Below are positions 9,665-19,533 of a DNA stretch of 64,000 nucleotides, one piece after another; the first letter of the stretch is position 1; the number at the start of each line of letters is the position of its first letter. Position numbers and translations under genes: made by a program. The DNA comes from Spirochaetia bacterium (lineage in GTDB: Bacteria > Spirochaetota > Spirochaetia > SZUA-6 > Bin103), in the NCBI GenBank assembly GCA_965203905.1, contig CBDBDQ010000005.1, positions 5,856,001-5,920,000 on the forward strand, read 5' to 3'. Under the pieces are notes generated by a model, which did not search any database, was not told the DNA's origin, and worked only from the letters and a program-made list of their open reading frames with translations.

Positions 9665-10177
9665 ATGATTTCCAGCAACATCACCAAGGCCCTGAACGAC
9701 CAGATCACCAACGAATTCAACTCCAGCTACACCTATCTGGCGATGTCCGCACACTTTGCCGCCCGCAACCTGAATGGCTTCGCGCACTGGTTCCGCGTCC
9801 AGTACGAGGAGGAGCGGGCCCACGCGCTGCGCATCTTCGACCACGTCCTGGAGCGCGGCGGTGAGGTTTCCCTGTGCGTGACCACGCGGCCTTCAGGTAG
9901 CTGGGACAGTCCCCTCAGCGCCTTCACCGAGGCTCGTGACGAGGAGCGGCGGATCGCCGAGTCGATCGACGAGCTGATGGATCTGGCTGCCGGCGAGAAG
10001 GACCACGCAACACGAATCCTGCTGGACTGGTTCGTCACGGAGCAGGTGGAGGAGGAGCGCATCACCACCGAGATCGTGGACCAGTTGCAGATGGTGAGCG
10101 ATTCCCGGATCGGCCTGTTCATGATCGACGAGCGTCTCAAGGACCGCACGGCGTCCGAACCGGAAGACGAGGGTTAG
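9665..10177 (+). CDS. ftn: Non-heme ferritin
   Basis: LNDQITNEFNSSYTYLAMS, GFAHWF, EERAHA, LDWFVTEQVEEE ferroxidase motifs. Confidence 0.92.
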   Translation: MISSNITKALNDQITNEFNSSYTYLAMSAHFAARNLNGFAHWFRVQYEEERAHALRIFDHVLERGGEVSLCVTTRPSGSWDSPLSAFTEARDEERRIAESIDELMDLAAGEKDHATRILLDWFVTEQVEEERITTEIVDQLQMVSDSRIGLFMIDERLKDRTASEPEDEG

Positions 10178-11485
10178 GAGTCTCGCCAAAATAAGTTGGT
10201 CTTTTAGTCACTGTCGGGGAGTCAGCATGTAGTTCCATTCGCCGTGAAACCGATCCCGCTTCAGATTCAGTGCCTGCATCTGTTCGTCGCTCACCGTCTG
10301 CCCCGTCGGGTAGCTGTTGTGGTCCAACTCCGAGCGGATCGTCAAGCCGCTCCTGGTCCTCGTGTGGCCGATCAGGTTCACCACCACCTGCCGGCTCACC
10401 AGCGGTCGCCCGCGCCAGTTCTCGGTGATGTGACAGAACATCCGATGCTCGATCTTGTTCCACTTGCTGGTCCCCGGCGGAAAGTGACACACCGAGATGC
10501 GCAGCCCCGTGGCATCGGCGAACTGCTGCAACTCCACCTTCCACAGCCGACTGCGACTGCTGTTGGAACCGCCCCCGTCGGCCGTGATCAGCAACCGCCG
10601 CGCCTGTGGATACGCCATATGGCCCATCCTCTGCCACCACCTCCGCAGTGTCTCCACGGCGAATACCGCGGTGTCGTGATCCTCCCCCACGCTCACCCAG
10701 CCGGTGTCACCGGTCACGTCGTAGATCCCGTACGGAATCGCCTTGCCGAGCGTCTTATCCACGAAATCGTGCACCTTGACGCGCTCCGGTTGGCCCTTCG
10801 GGCGCCACTCTCGACCCCCGTTGCGGTACTCGCCCACCAACTCCTTTTTCTTGGTGTCAACAGAAACTACCGGCTGCCGCAGAGCCTGAAACGCGCGCAC
10901 CCTCCGGTTGATGTGCTTGAACTGCGCATCGCGGTCGACATGCTGCGTGCCTTCCAGCGTCTTGCGGTTGGCCTGCAGGCTGTAGCCCAACTCATGCAAC
11001 AGCCGGTTCACGGTCCGCTCGCTCACCGGGTGACCGGCCGCCTGCAGTTCCTCGGCCAACCGCGCCGCGCTACTGCAGGTCCACAGCAACGGCCCCATCG
11101 GGTCGCCGCGGGTGACCGGGTCGACCAACCGCTCCAGCGCCTGTGTCAACTTCGGGTCGCGGGCGGTCAACGGCTTACGGCCTGCGCCGGGTCGTCGCTG
11201 GCGTCCGCTGTTGGCTTGTGCCCCTGCTGCTGCGCCGGCATCCAGTTCCTTCAGCCCGGCGTGAATGGTGGTCCGCGAGATCCCGGTGGCGGCTGCCACA
11301 CAGGCGATGCCGCCACGGCCCAGCAGGCGCGCCTCCACCGCAGCCCAGCGGCGCCGGAGGCGCTCGTCAAACAATGGATTCAGGGCTGCGAACTTGGTCT
11401 TGACCGCTTGGGTGAGAATTGGGTCCACTACGTCTGAGTAGATTATCGGCTACTCCTTTCGACCACTTTATTTTGGCGAGAGCCC
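10177..11485 (-). mobile_element. ISAzo13-family insertion sequence
   Basis: 25-bp imperfect terminal inverted repeats GGAGTCTCGCCAAAATAAGTTGGTC / (rc) GGGCTCTCGCCAAAATAAAGTGGTC; flanking TTA duplication at 10174-10176 and 11486-11488. Confidence 0.9.
10208..11428 (-). CDS. ISAzo13-family DDE transposase
   Basis: DERLRRRWAA, GDPMGPLLWT, SVDTKKKELVG, ADGGGSN, HFPPGTSKWNKIEHRMF. Confidence 0.95.
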   Translation of the reverse strand: MDPILTQAVKTKFAALNPLFDERLRRRWAAVEARLLGRGGIACVAAATGISRTTIHAGLKELDAGAAAGAQANSGRQRRPGAGRKPLTARDPKLTQALERLVDPVTRGDPMGPLLWTCSSAARLAEELQAAGHPVSERTVNRLLHELGYSLQANRKTLEGTQHVDRDAQFKHINRRVRAFQALRQPVVSVDTKKKELVGEYRNGGREWRPKGQPERVKVHDFVDKTLGKAIPYGIYDVTGDTGWVSVGEDHDTAVFAVETLRRWWQRMGHMAYPQARRLLITADGGGSNSSRSRLWKVELQQFADATGLRISVCHFPPGTSKWNKIEHRMFCHITENWRGRPLVSRQVVVNLIGHTRTRSGLTIRSELDHNSYPTGQTVSDEQMQALNLKRDRFHGEWNYMLTPRQ

Positions 11486-12613
11486 TTAGCCTTCGGTCTT
11501 CGGCGGCGGCGCACCGGGAAGCGGCCCGCTGCCGACCAGGGTTACTCCCACCCGTTGGCCCAGCGGGTACGGTCGCGCCGCCGGTACGTGCACCGTGAGT
11601 TCGCCCACTCCGGGTGTTGCTTCGACTCGTACCCGCAGCTCGCGGTACTCGCCCATGAAGCGCTGGCCGCAGATCTCTCCGCGTACGCCCCCTGCGCCGT
11701 TGCACTGGTGGGCGGGCGTGACCCGCAACTGCCATGGCCGGACCGAGACCGCCGGCACGCCGGCGACCTGGAACGGGGCCGCCGCGGCAATCTCCCCCAG
11801 AGCGCAAGTCCAGATCCCGTCGCGGCGCTGCACCGGCAGCAGGTTGACGGCGCCGAGATAGCGCGCCACGAAGGCGTTGGCCGGCGCCGAGTAGAGCGTT
11901 TCGGCGTCCCCCACCTGCTCGACGTGTCCGCGCCGCAACAGCGCCAGCCGGTCGGCCACCGTAAACGCCTCGTCGCGGTCATGGGTCACGAACAGCGCCG
12001 TGGTCTCGGTCTGCTGCAGCACCGTCCGCAACTCCCGGAACAACTCCCACTTCAGCACCGGATCGAGGTTGTTGAAGGGCTCGTCCAGCAGCAGCAGCGC
12101 CGGTCGCGGCGCGAGTGCCCTGCCAATTGCGGCGCGCTGCGCCTGTCCCCCGGAGACTTCGTGCGGGTAACGGTCGCCAATGTCGGCGATGTGCACCAGC
12201 TTCAGGGTCTGCTGTGCCAGCTCGCGCCGCCGGCGCTCGGGCAACCGGCGCAGTCCGAAGGCGACATTCTGGCGAATGGTCAGGTGGGGCAGGAGCGCCG
12301 TGTCCTGAAATACCACTCCGACGGCGCGCTCCTCCGGCGGGATCGAGTGGCGCGGGCTGCTCACCAGGGTGCCGGCAAGGGAAACGGTGCCGGCGCTGGG
12401 CTGCTCGAACCCGGCTACCAGCCGTAGCAGGGTGGTCTTGCCGCTGCCGCTCTCACCGAGCAGCGCGAGTACCGCACCGCGCTCCAGTTCCAGCGATACC
12501 TGCCTCAGTGCCGGCCGCGGGTTGCCCGGGAAGTACTTGGTGACCTCGGCCAAACGGAGGTGCGGAGCGGCAGCCTGCGCGGGGTGCATGCCGTTGCCGT
12601 CGTGCATCGTCAA
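11486..12613 (-). CDS. fbpC: Fe3+-type ABC transporter ATP-binding protein
   Basis: GESGSGKT, VSGGQ, LLLDEP, VTHD; TOBE-like tail; GTGA-coupled to the permease. Confidence 0.8.
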   Translation of the reverse strand: MTMHDGNGMHPAQAAAPHLRLAEVTKYFPGNPRPALRQVSLELERGAVLALLGESGSGKTTLLRLVAGFEQPSAGTVSLAGTLVSSPRHSIPPEERAVGVVFQDTALLPHLTIRQNVAFGLRRLPERRRRELAQQTLKLVHIADIGDRYPHEVSGGQAQRAAIGRALAPRPALLLLDEPFNNLDPVLKWELFRELRTVLQQTETTALFVTHDRDEAFTVADRLALLRRGHVEQVGDAETLYSAPANAFVARYLGAVNLLPVQRRDGIWTCALGEIAAAAPFQVAGVPAVSVRPWQLRVTPAHQCNGAGGVRGEICGQRFMGEYRELRVRVEATPGVGELTVHVPAARPYPLGQRVGVTLVGSGPLPGAPPPKTEG

Positions 12614-14442
12614 GAGTCGAGGCGGGCGCTGCTGAGACGCTGCAGCAGGATGACCGGGACTACGCTGATGGCCACGATCATCAGCGCGGGTATGGCTGCC
12701 TCCGCGACCATCTCATTGCCTGCCAGGCGGAATACCCGCGTTGCCAGGGTCTCCAGGTTGAATGGCCGCAGGATCATCGTCAACGGCAGTTCCTTGAGGA
12801 TGTCGACGATCAGCAGCATGGCGGCGCCGATCAGCGCCGGCCGCAGGCTCGGGATCCCTACCCGTACCAGCGCCTGACGCGGGCGCATGCCGGAAGCGCG
12901 CGCGACCTCGTCGAAACGGGTGGTGACCCCGCAGAACCCGGAGTCGACGGCGTGATAACCCACGGCGAAGAAGCGCACCACGTACCCTGCCAACAGCGCC
13001 AGCACGGTACCGGTGATGACGAGACCGGGCGATACCCCGAACAGCAGGCGCGAGGCGCCGATGATGCGGTGGTCGACCCAGGTGTACGCGGTGGCGATCC
13101 CCACGGCGAGCACCGCTCCCGGCACCGCGTAACCGGAGGTGGTCCAACGAGCCAGCGAGCTGACCATACGTCCGGCACGGAGCCGGGTAGTGTAGGCAAT
13201 CAGCACCGCCAGAGTCAGGATGACCAGGGCCGCCGTCGCGGCCAGGCCGACGCTGGTGCCCAGATAGCGGAAGAGCCGCCAATCGATCACGCGCGCCCAG
13301 CTCTGCACCGCCCACCAGAGCAGTTGCGCCACCGGTACCACGAAGCCCAGCAGCACCGGCAGGGCACAGGCGACGCAGGCGGCAGCAGCGGTACGCCCGC
13401 GCAGCCTGATACGGGGCATCGGGCGCTGCACCGCGCCGGGCGCGTGATAGCGGGCACGCCGGCGTTGCCAGCGCTCCAGCGCCATGATCGACACCACCAC
13501 CAGCAACATGACGGCCGCCAGACCCAGGGCGGCGTGCACGCTGCCCAGCGCGAACCAGGCGCGGAAGATGCCGATAGTCAGCGTATCGACGCCGAAGTAA
13601 TGCGTCGCACCGTATTCTCCCAGCGTCTCCATCGCCACCAGCACCATGCCGGCGACGACTCCGGGGCGGGCCAGCGGCAGCACCGCGTGACGCAGCGCCT
13701 GCAGCCCCGAGTAGCCGTGGCTGCGAGCGATCTCCAGGACCGCCGCGCTCTGGCGCGCGAACACGGCGCGCGAGGTCAGGTAGGCATAGGGGTACACGGT
13801 AACGGTCAGCACGAAGCAAAGCCCGGCGAAGGTCTGCAGGTCGAGGGTCGGATAGTTGCCCACGGGAATCGAGAGGCCGCGCCGAAACAGCAGTTGAACC
13901 GGCCCTGCGTAGTCGAATACGCCGACGTAACCGATGGCGGCGATGTAGGTGGGCAACGCCAGCGGCAGGATCAGCAGCCAGCTCAGGGCACGTCGCCCGG
14001 GGAACTCGAACGCCGTGGTACACCACGCCGTGGTCACGCCAACCAGCGCGGAGAGCACGGCAACGACCGCTACCAGGGAAACGGTATTCACTATGTAGCG
14101 GGCCAGCACCGTCTGCGCCAGGTGACGCACTTCCGGCGTGGCGAGCGCGCCGACATGAGCGGCTACCACCAGCAGCGGTACGCCGATCAGGGCCGCCAGA
14201 ACGGCCGGCGCCAGCAGCCAAGCGCGCGAGGTACCGGTGGCGCCGGCCGTGGCCACGCGCAACTGTGGGAGACGCAACCATGCCGCGCGCAACCAGTGCG
14301 GCCACTGCAGCAGCCGCAGGCCCAGGCCGTGGGCGCGTGCAACGAGTCGGCCAGCCGCGAAATCAGCCATCGCCGTCTGCTCGCTCCGGGAGCTGCGCGG
14401 CGACGAACCCAGCCGGGCCGCCACCGGCAGCGGTGAATTCAC
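12610..14442 (-). CDS. fbpB: Fe3+ ABC transporter permease (start may be ATG 14370)
   Basis: FEFPGRR, PLALPTY, YPYAYL, LPLARP, GYAVPG, LKELP, LRPFNLETLA; two permease repeats. Confidence 0.85.
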   Translation of the reverse strand: MNSPLPVAARLGSSPRSSRSEQTAMADFAAGRLVARAHGLGLRLLQWPHWLRAAWLRLPQLRVATAGATGTSRAWLLAPAVLAALIGVPLLVVAAHVGALATPEVRHLAQTVLARYIVNTVSLVAVVAVLSALVGVTTAWCTTAFEFPGRRALSWLLILPLALPTYIAAIGYVGVFDYAGPVQLLFRRGLSIPVGNYPTLDLQTFAGLCFVLTVTVYPYAYLTSRAVFARQSAAVLEIARSHGYSGLQALRHAVLPLARPGVVAGMVLVAMETLGEYGATHYFGVDTLTIGIFRAWFALGSVHAALGLAAVMLLVVVSIMALERWQRRRARYHAPGAVQRPMPRIRLRGRTAAAACVACALPVLLGFVVPVAQLLWWAVQSWARVIDWRLFRYLGTSVGLAATAALVILTLAVLIAYTTRLRAGRMVSSLARWTTSGYAVPGAVLAVGIATAYTWVDHRIIGASRLLFGVSPGLVITGTVLALLAGYVVRFFAVGYHAVDSGFCGVTTRFDEVARASGMRPRQALVRVGIPSLRPALIGAAMLLIVDILKELPLTMILRPFNLETLATRVFRLAGNEMVAEAAIPALMIVAISVVPVILLQRLSSARLDS

Positions 14443-14467
14443 CTACATTCGCAAGCGTAATGCGGGG

Positions 14468-14498
14468 AGTGTATCTGAAGCTCGATTAATCATGTCAA
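14468..14498 (-). promoter_or_regulatory. Candidate fbpB promoter
   Basis: TTGACA-N19-TACACT (long spacer) in an AT-richer intergenic gap. Confidence 0.35.
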
Positions 14499-14522
14499 GC
14501 ACCCGCCACCGGAATCTTCACG

Positions 14523-16916
14523 TCACCCGGCGGCCCCGCCGGCGCCCTCGAACGGACCGGCGAAGCGGTACTCGTGGCCGGCCTCGGTGCCGGTGTTAAC
14601 CCGCCAGCCGCGCCAGCGCAGCCGCAGCGGGTTGCCCAGCAGCGACTCCACCCGTACTTCCCGCGGCGCCCCGTCGCGCCAGGCGACGTCCACCTGGAAC
14701 CCGCCACGGGCGCGCAGCCCGCTCACGCTGCCCTCGGTCCATGCCGTCGGCAGCGCCGGCAACAGATCGAGCGCGTCGCGATGCGACTGCAGCAGCAGCT
14801 CCGCGATGCCCGCGGTGACGCCGAGGTTGCCGTCGATCTGGAACGGGGGATGGGCGTCCAACAGGCTGATGTAGACGCCGCCGCCTTGCATCCGGTCGTC
14901 CGGATCGCCCGGCTCCACCACGCGCAGCAGGTTGCCGATCACCCGCAGCGCGCGGTCGCCGTCACCGAAGCGCGCCCACAGCGCCACCCGCCAGCCCATC
15001 CCCCAGCCGGTGCTCTCGTCGCCGCGCCGATCCAGGGAGACGCGCGCCGCAAGGTAACGGTCGCGGTCGCGCTCCGGCGTCAGCGCGGCCCCGGGGTAGG
15101 CGCCGTACAGGTGGGAGACGTGGCGATGGTGCGGCTCCGGCTCCTCGAACTCATCGGAGAACTCCAGCAACTGGCCCCGGCTTCCCACCGCCAGCGGCGC
15201 CAGGCGCGCCAGGGCCGCGCGCAGCTCCGTGCACAGGGCATCGACGGAACGGCCGGTGAGCTCGGCGGCCGCCAGGGTGTGCTCGAACAGCTCGCGCACG
15301 ATGGTCTGGTCCACCGCGCTGCCGGCGCACACCTCGGCAGCCTCGCCGGTGGCGGGGTCGATGAAGGCGTTCTCGGGCGACGTGGACGGTGACACCACCA
15401 GCTCGCCGGCCTCGTTCTCGGTGAGCAGGTCGAGCAAGAACTCGGACGCACCACGCAGGATGGCGCAGCCGTGCTCGGCCAGGTAGGCACGGTCGCCGCT
15501 GAACAGGTAGCTCTCGTACACGTTGCGCGCCAGCCAGGCGCCGCCCAGCGGCCAGAAGGCGTGCCGGGTCTTGAAGTGCACCGGGGCGCTCCAGCGCCAC
15601 AGGTCGGTATTGTGATGGGCACACCAGCCGCGGCTACCGTACAGGGCGCCGGCGGCGGAGCGGCCACTGCGGCTGAGCTGCTCCACCATGGCCAGCACCG
15701 GCTCCTCGCACTCCGCCAGGTTGCATACCCGCGCCGGCCAGTAGTTCATCTGGGTGTTGATGTTGATGGTGTAGCGCCCGGCCCACGGCGGCTGCACCAG
15801 GTGGTTCCAGATCCCCTGCAGGTTGGCCGGCTCCGAGCCGGGGCGCGAGCTGGCGATCAGCAGGTAGCGGCCGTAGTCGAACAACAGCTCGCACATGCCC
15901 GGATCGTCGTCCGCACCGGCCAGCGCCGGCAGCCGGCGGTCGGTGGGCAGCGCCTCCAGATCGGGGCGGTGGCCGCCCAGCCGCAGCGAGACGCGGTCGA
16001 ACAGGCGGCGATGGTCGGCGCGATGCTCGGCGGCAAGCTCCTCGTGGCCGCGGGCGGCGGCCCGCGCGACGATCTGCAGGGCCTCGGCATCGATGGCTCG
16101 ACCGGCGGAGCCGGGTTCGCGCTCATGCCTGTCGAAGCTGGTGACTATGGTCAGCAGCACGCGCGCCGCGTCGGCCGCGCGCACCTGGACCTGTCCATCG
16201 GCGGCCTCGACCCGGGCATCGGCGCCGCTGGCGAGCACGCGCACCGCGATGCAGTAACGCACCGCCCGCTGCGCGCGCTGCTCCTCGTTCCACATCCGGT
16301 CCAGGCTCTTCCGTGGGCGGCCGTAGTCCGGGTTCATGTTGAAGGCCCGCCCCCACCCGACCACCGTATAGGCGGCCACCGTCGTGGTGTGAAAGAACGG
16401 CATGGGAGAGCGCAGGCGCGCGGTAAACTCGAGCGCCCGGGGGCCGGAGGCCGACAGCGCGATGCACAGGCAGGCCGCGGGATGGGACAGAAAGCTCTCC
16501 TGCCGGAAGGTCACCCCGCCGCTGGTGAACACCACCTCGGAGGTGGCGTCGCGCAGCGAGAGGCCGCGTCGATAGCCGCCGTGGTCCGCGGCCGGAAGCC
16601 GCCGCTCCAGCAGCAGGTCGCCGGCGGTCTGGTAGGACTGGCACTCGTCACGCGTCAGCAGCACCTTGCGGTCGATGAATTCGGTGGCACGGCTGAACTC
16701 GCGGCGCCGGATCATCTCCCGCGCCGTGGCGATCAGCTTCGGGGTCTCGGGATTGAAGGAATACTCGGGTGGACCCGACCAGATGGTGTCGGCGTTGAGC
16801 TGGAAGCGCTCGGTGGGCACGCCGCCGAACACCATCGCCCCCAACGCGCCGTTGCCCAGCGGCAGAGCGCCCTCCCAGTAGGAGGCGGGGGCCTGGTACC
16901 AGAGATCCGGTGTCAC
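14523..16916 (-). CDS. Glycoside hydrolase family 95 (alpha-L-fucosidase-like)
   Basis: [52 protein letters not shown]; likely start GTG 16916. Confidence 0.92.
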   Translation of the reverse strand: MTPDLWYQAPASYWEGALPLGNGALGAMVFGGVPTERFQLNADTIWSGPPEYSFNPETPKLIATAREMIRRREFSRATEFIDRKVLLTRDECQSYQTAGDLLLERRLPAADHGGYRRGLSLRDATSEVVFTSGGVTFRQESFLSHPAACLCIALSASGPRALEFTARLRSPMPFFHTTTVAAYTVVGWGRAFNMNPDYGRPRKSLDRMWNEEQRAQRAVRYCIAVRVLASGADARVEAADGQVQVRAADAARVLLTIVTSFDRHEREPGSAGRAIDAEALQIVARAAARGHEELAAEHRADHRRLFDRVSLRLGGHRPDLEALPTDRRLPALAGADDDPGMCELLFDYGRYLLIASSRPGSEPANLQGIWNHLVQPPWAGRYTININTQMNYWPARVCNLAECEEPVLAMVEQLSRSGRSAAGALYGSRGWCAHHNTDLWRWSAPVHFKTRHAFWPLGGAWLARNVYESYLFSGDRAYLAEHGCAILRGASEFLLDLLTENEAGELVVSPSTSPENAFIDPATGEAAEVCAGSAVDQTIVRELFEHTLAAAELTGRSVDALCTELRAALARLAPLAVGSRGQLLEFSDEFEEPEPHHRHVSHLYGAYPGAALTPERDRDRYLAARVSLDRRGDESTGWGMGWRVALWARFGDGDRALRVIGNLLRVVEPGDPDDRMQGGGVYISLLDAHPPFQIDGNLGVTAGIAELLLQSHRDALDLLPALPTAWTEGSVSGLRARGGFQVDVAWRDGAPREVRVESLLGNPLRLRWRGWRVNTGTEAGHEYRFAGPFEGAGGAAG

Positions 16917-16920
16917 CCGC

Positions 16921-18492
16921 TCAATAGATGCTGTCCAACTGCCAGGCGTCGAGCGACTCCAGCACCGCGGGAGCCCCCTGCGCCCGCAGCGACACGCCGA
17001 GGCTGTCGCCACGCTCGGGATAGACCCGCTCGGCCAGGCACTGGCGGCCGTTGACGAACACCTCCACCACGCTGCGGTCGACGAATACCCGCAGTTGCAG
17101 CTTCTCCTGTGGCGCCAGGCGCAGCGAGGCGGTCTCCGGCGCCCGCGACAGCACGTCCGGGGCGGTCGACGAGTAGGCGTTGTCCAGGGTGACCAGGCTG
17201 TCGCGCGCCATGGTGCCGTGAATGCGGTCGCGGAAGCCGCGTTCGGGGTAGTACCCGAAGCGGGTGAACTCCTCGCGTCCCGGGGAGCGCAGTACGTTGA
17301 GTTCCACCATCGGGGCGCTGCCGGCGTCGATCTCGGCGGCCAGCTCCATGACGTTGCCGCTCACACCGTCCAGCACCACTTCCCGGTTGGCCGGCAGGAC
17401 CGTGCGGCCCACGTGACGGTGGGCGCCGCGCAGCGACTCGACGGCCGCCACCGGCTCCTGGGTGATGGCGTCGCCGTCCACGGTCAGCCGCCGCGGCAGG
17501 GTCATGATCTGGTTCCAGCGGTGAGTCGGCTTGGCCGGGTTCATGTTGAAGAGCACGATCACCCCGCCCTCCCCGTCCGGGGTCGCGGAAGGCGCGTGCA
17601 CGCCGGCCGGATTCGAGGGACCGTGGTTGAACTTGGCGCCGTAGGTCACCACGAACTTGTCGCGCTCCGTGTCGTAGTCGCCGAGCAGGTACTGGCCGCC
17701 GCTCATGTGGCTGTAGAACAGGAGGATGTGGCGCTGCCCTGCGCCGCTGCCGATCGGCCAGAAGTAGGGACAGGCGCCGTCGTCGCCCACCAGGGTGTAG
17801 AGGTCATCCTCCACGAACGGGTGCAGGTACTCCCACGTGGCCAGGTCATCGGAGCGCAGCAGGAAGTTGGCGCGGATCGGCTTGCCGCCGGGTCCGACCG
17901 GGCGGGTACCCGCGGACAGCGAGTAGTAGCGGCCCCCCTGCTTCCAGATGCAGGGATCGAACACCCGGTACGGCTGCGGCGAGCCGTCCGCCTGGCGCAT
18001 GGGGATGACCGGTCCGTTGGTCACCTTCTCCCAGTTGAGCAGCAGCGGGTCGCTGGAGGTTGCCACCATGTTGCCCACCTCGGTGCCGTGGTAGATGGCG
18101 ATGACGCGATCCTCCTCCACCAGCGTGGCCCCGGAGAAACACTTGTCCTCCGGGCTCGGGTAGATGCAGTAGGGCAGATCGCGCCAATGGATCAGGTCGT
18201 CACTGACCGCGTGGCCCCAGTGCTGGCGCGTGTCCTCCGGCGGATACGCCTGGTAGAACAGGTGCCAGCGTCCCTGCCAGAAACACAGTCCATTGGGATC
18301 GTTGAGGCTGGCCTCGGGATTGACGTAGTGGTACTGCGGGCGATGCGGATCCCCGGAGTAGCCGGCACGGGAGGCGTGCAGCCGCTGCAGCAGCGGATTC
18401 TCGGCCAGGGCCCGTTCCTGCTCTTCCAGAGTGGTCGGGAACGTGTGGAACGGCACCTTCGACTTGGGGTGTACTTGAAAATTGGCACTCAT
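16921..18492 (-). CDS. Glycoside hydrolase family 32-like protein (atypical catalytic motifs)
   Basis: [40 protein letters not shown]; RDP and EC appear as FDP and AC. Confidence 0.85.
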   Translation of the reverse strand: MSANFQVHPKSKVPFHTFPTTLEEQERALAENPLLQRLHASRAGYSGDPHRPQYHYVNPEASLNDPNGLCFWQGRWHLFYQAYPPEDTRQHWGHAVSDDLIHWRDLPYCIYPSPEDKCFSGATLVEEDRVIAIYHGTEVGNMVATSSDPLLLNWEKVTNGPVIPMRQADGSPQPYRVFDPCIWKQGGRYYSLSAGTRPVGPGGKPIRANFLLRSDDLATWEYLHPFVEDDLYTLVGDDGACPYFWPIGSGAGQRHILLFYSHMSGGQYLLGDYDTERDKFVVTYGAKFNHGPSNPAGVHAPSATPDGEGGVIVLFNMNPAKPTHRWNQIMTLPRRLTVDGDAITQEPVAAVESLRGAHRHVGRTVLPANREVVLDGVSGNVMELAAEIDAGSAPMVELNVLRSPGREEFTRFGYYPERGFRDRIHGTMARDSLVTLDNAYSSTAPDVLSRAPETASLRLAPQEKLQLRVFVDRSVVEVFVNGRQCLAERVYPERGDSLGVSLRAQGAPAVLESLDAWQLDSIY

Positions 18493-18565
18493 GGTCGCGC
18501 TGCACCTTACGCCTATCGCCCCAACGCCGCAACGCAGCATTCAGACACGGTCGGGTGGCGGGCGG

Positions 18566-19450
18566 TCAATCGCCGTCGCCGCCCAACTCCGCCAGCCGGC
18601 GCTCCAGTTCCGCGATGCGTTCCTCAGCCGCGGCACGAGCCGCCCGCTCTCGCTCCAGTGCCGCGTCCTTCGCTGCGCTCTCCCGCCTCATCCGCCCCCA
18701 CGTCTCCGCCACCTCGTCCTCCAGCGCCATCGAGTCCGCCACCTCCACACTCGCCACCGCTCCCTCCAGCCGCCGCAGCACCGGCGCGTAGATCTCCGGT
18801 ATCTCCCGCTCGTCCACCTCCAGCACGTGCCGATCACCCGGCACCCGCAACTCCTGGTCGAACACGCTCAGCAACCGCTCCAGGTCCGACCTCCGCCGCG
18901 ACGCCAGCAACGGCACCTGCACCACCCAGCAGTCGTGGCTCAGCGCTTCCACGAACTCCTCCCGCTCGCTCAGCCGCTCCCCGCTCACCCCGTCCACGTA
19001 CTCCCGCGCCACCCGCAGCACCGTCGTCGCCGTGCGCGGCAGGCATTCCCCCAGGATGTAGATCGCGCGCAGCGGCCGGTGCCGTCGCCGCCCGTCCGCC
19101 CCCTCGTCGTAGTTGTCGCGGTCCGCGTAGTGGCGGCCCAGATACTCGCGGAACCGCATCACCTCGTCGGTGAAGCGCGCCTTCTGCACTTCCACCAGCA
19201 CCCGCAGCCGCTCACCAGTCGCCGTGCGCACCGTGGCCGCGAAGTCCACCCGTCGCACCGTCAGCAGCGCCCCGGACGGCGGCTCACCCGGTGCCGTCGC
19301 CGGCGACGACCGCGCCGCGCGCTCCTGTGGCAGCGCCTCCAGGCTCACCACTTCCTCGCCCAGCACGGCCCCGACCAGCAGCCGCGCGGCAGCGTGGTCG
19401 TCCATCAGGTACTTGAAGGCAGCGTCGTACATCGGGTTGGCGATCCGCAT
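18566..19450 (-). CDS. Rpn-like PD-(D/E)XK nuclease-family protein with coiled-coil tail
   Basis: NPMYDAAFKYLM, RVDF...VEVQK, RFREY; E/R/A-rich C-terminus; TTGCCG-N17-TAACCT-N6-ATG upstream. Confidence 0.7.
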   Translation of the reverse strand: MRIANPMYDAAFKYLMDDHAAARLLVGAVLGEEVVSLEALPQERAARSSPATAPGEPPSGALLTVRRVDFAATVRTATGERLRVLVEVQKARFTDEVMRFREYLGRHYADRDNYDEGADGRRRHRPLRAIYILGECLPRTATTVLRVAREYVDGVSGERLSEREEFVEALSHDCWVVQVPLLASRRRSDLERLLSVFDQELRVPGDRHVLEVDEREIPEIYAPVLRRLEGAVASVEVADSMALEDEVAETWGRMRRESAAKDAALERERAARAAAEERIAELERRLAELGGDGD

Positions 19451-19479
19451 CGCTTCAGGTTAATTCGCCGCCCGCGGGT

Positions 19480-19515
19480 CGGCAAGCGACCGACGTTCGG
19501 AACCGGTCGTTGCCG
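19480..19515 (-). terminator. Stem-loop after the FAD oxidoreductase operon
   Basis: CGGCAA(G)CGACCG...CGGTCGTTGCCG inverted repeat; no U tract. Confidence 0.35.
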
Positions 19516-19533
19516 GGACCGTTCATTGAGGGA

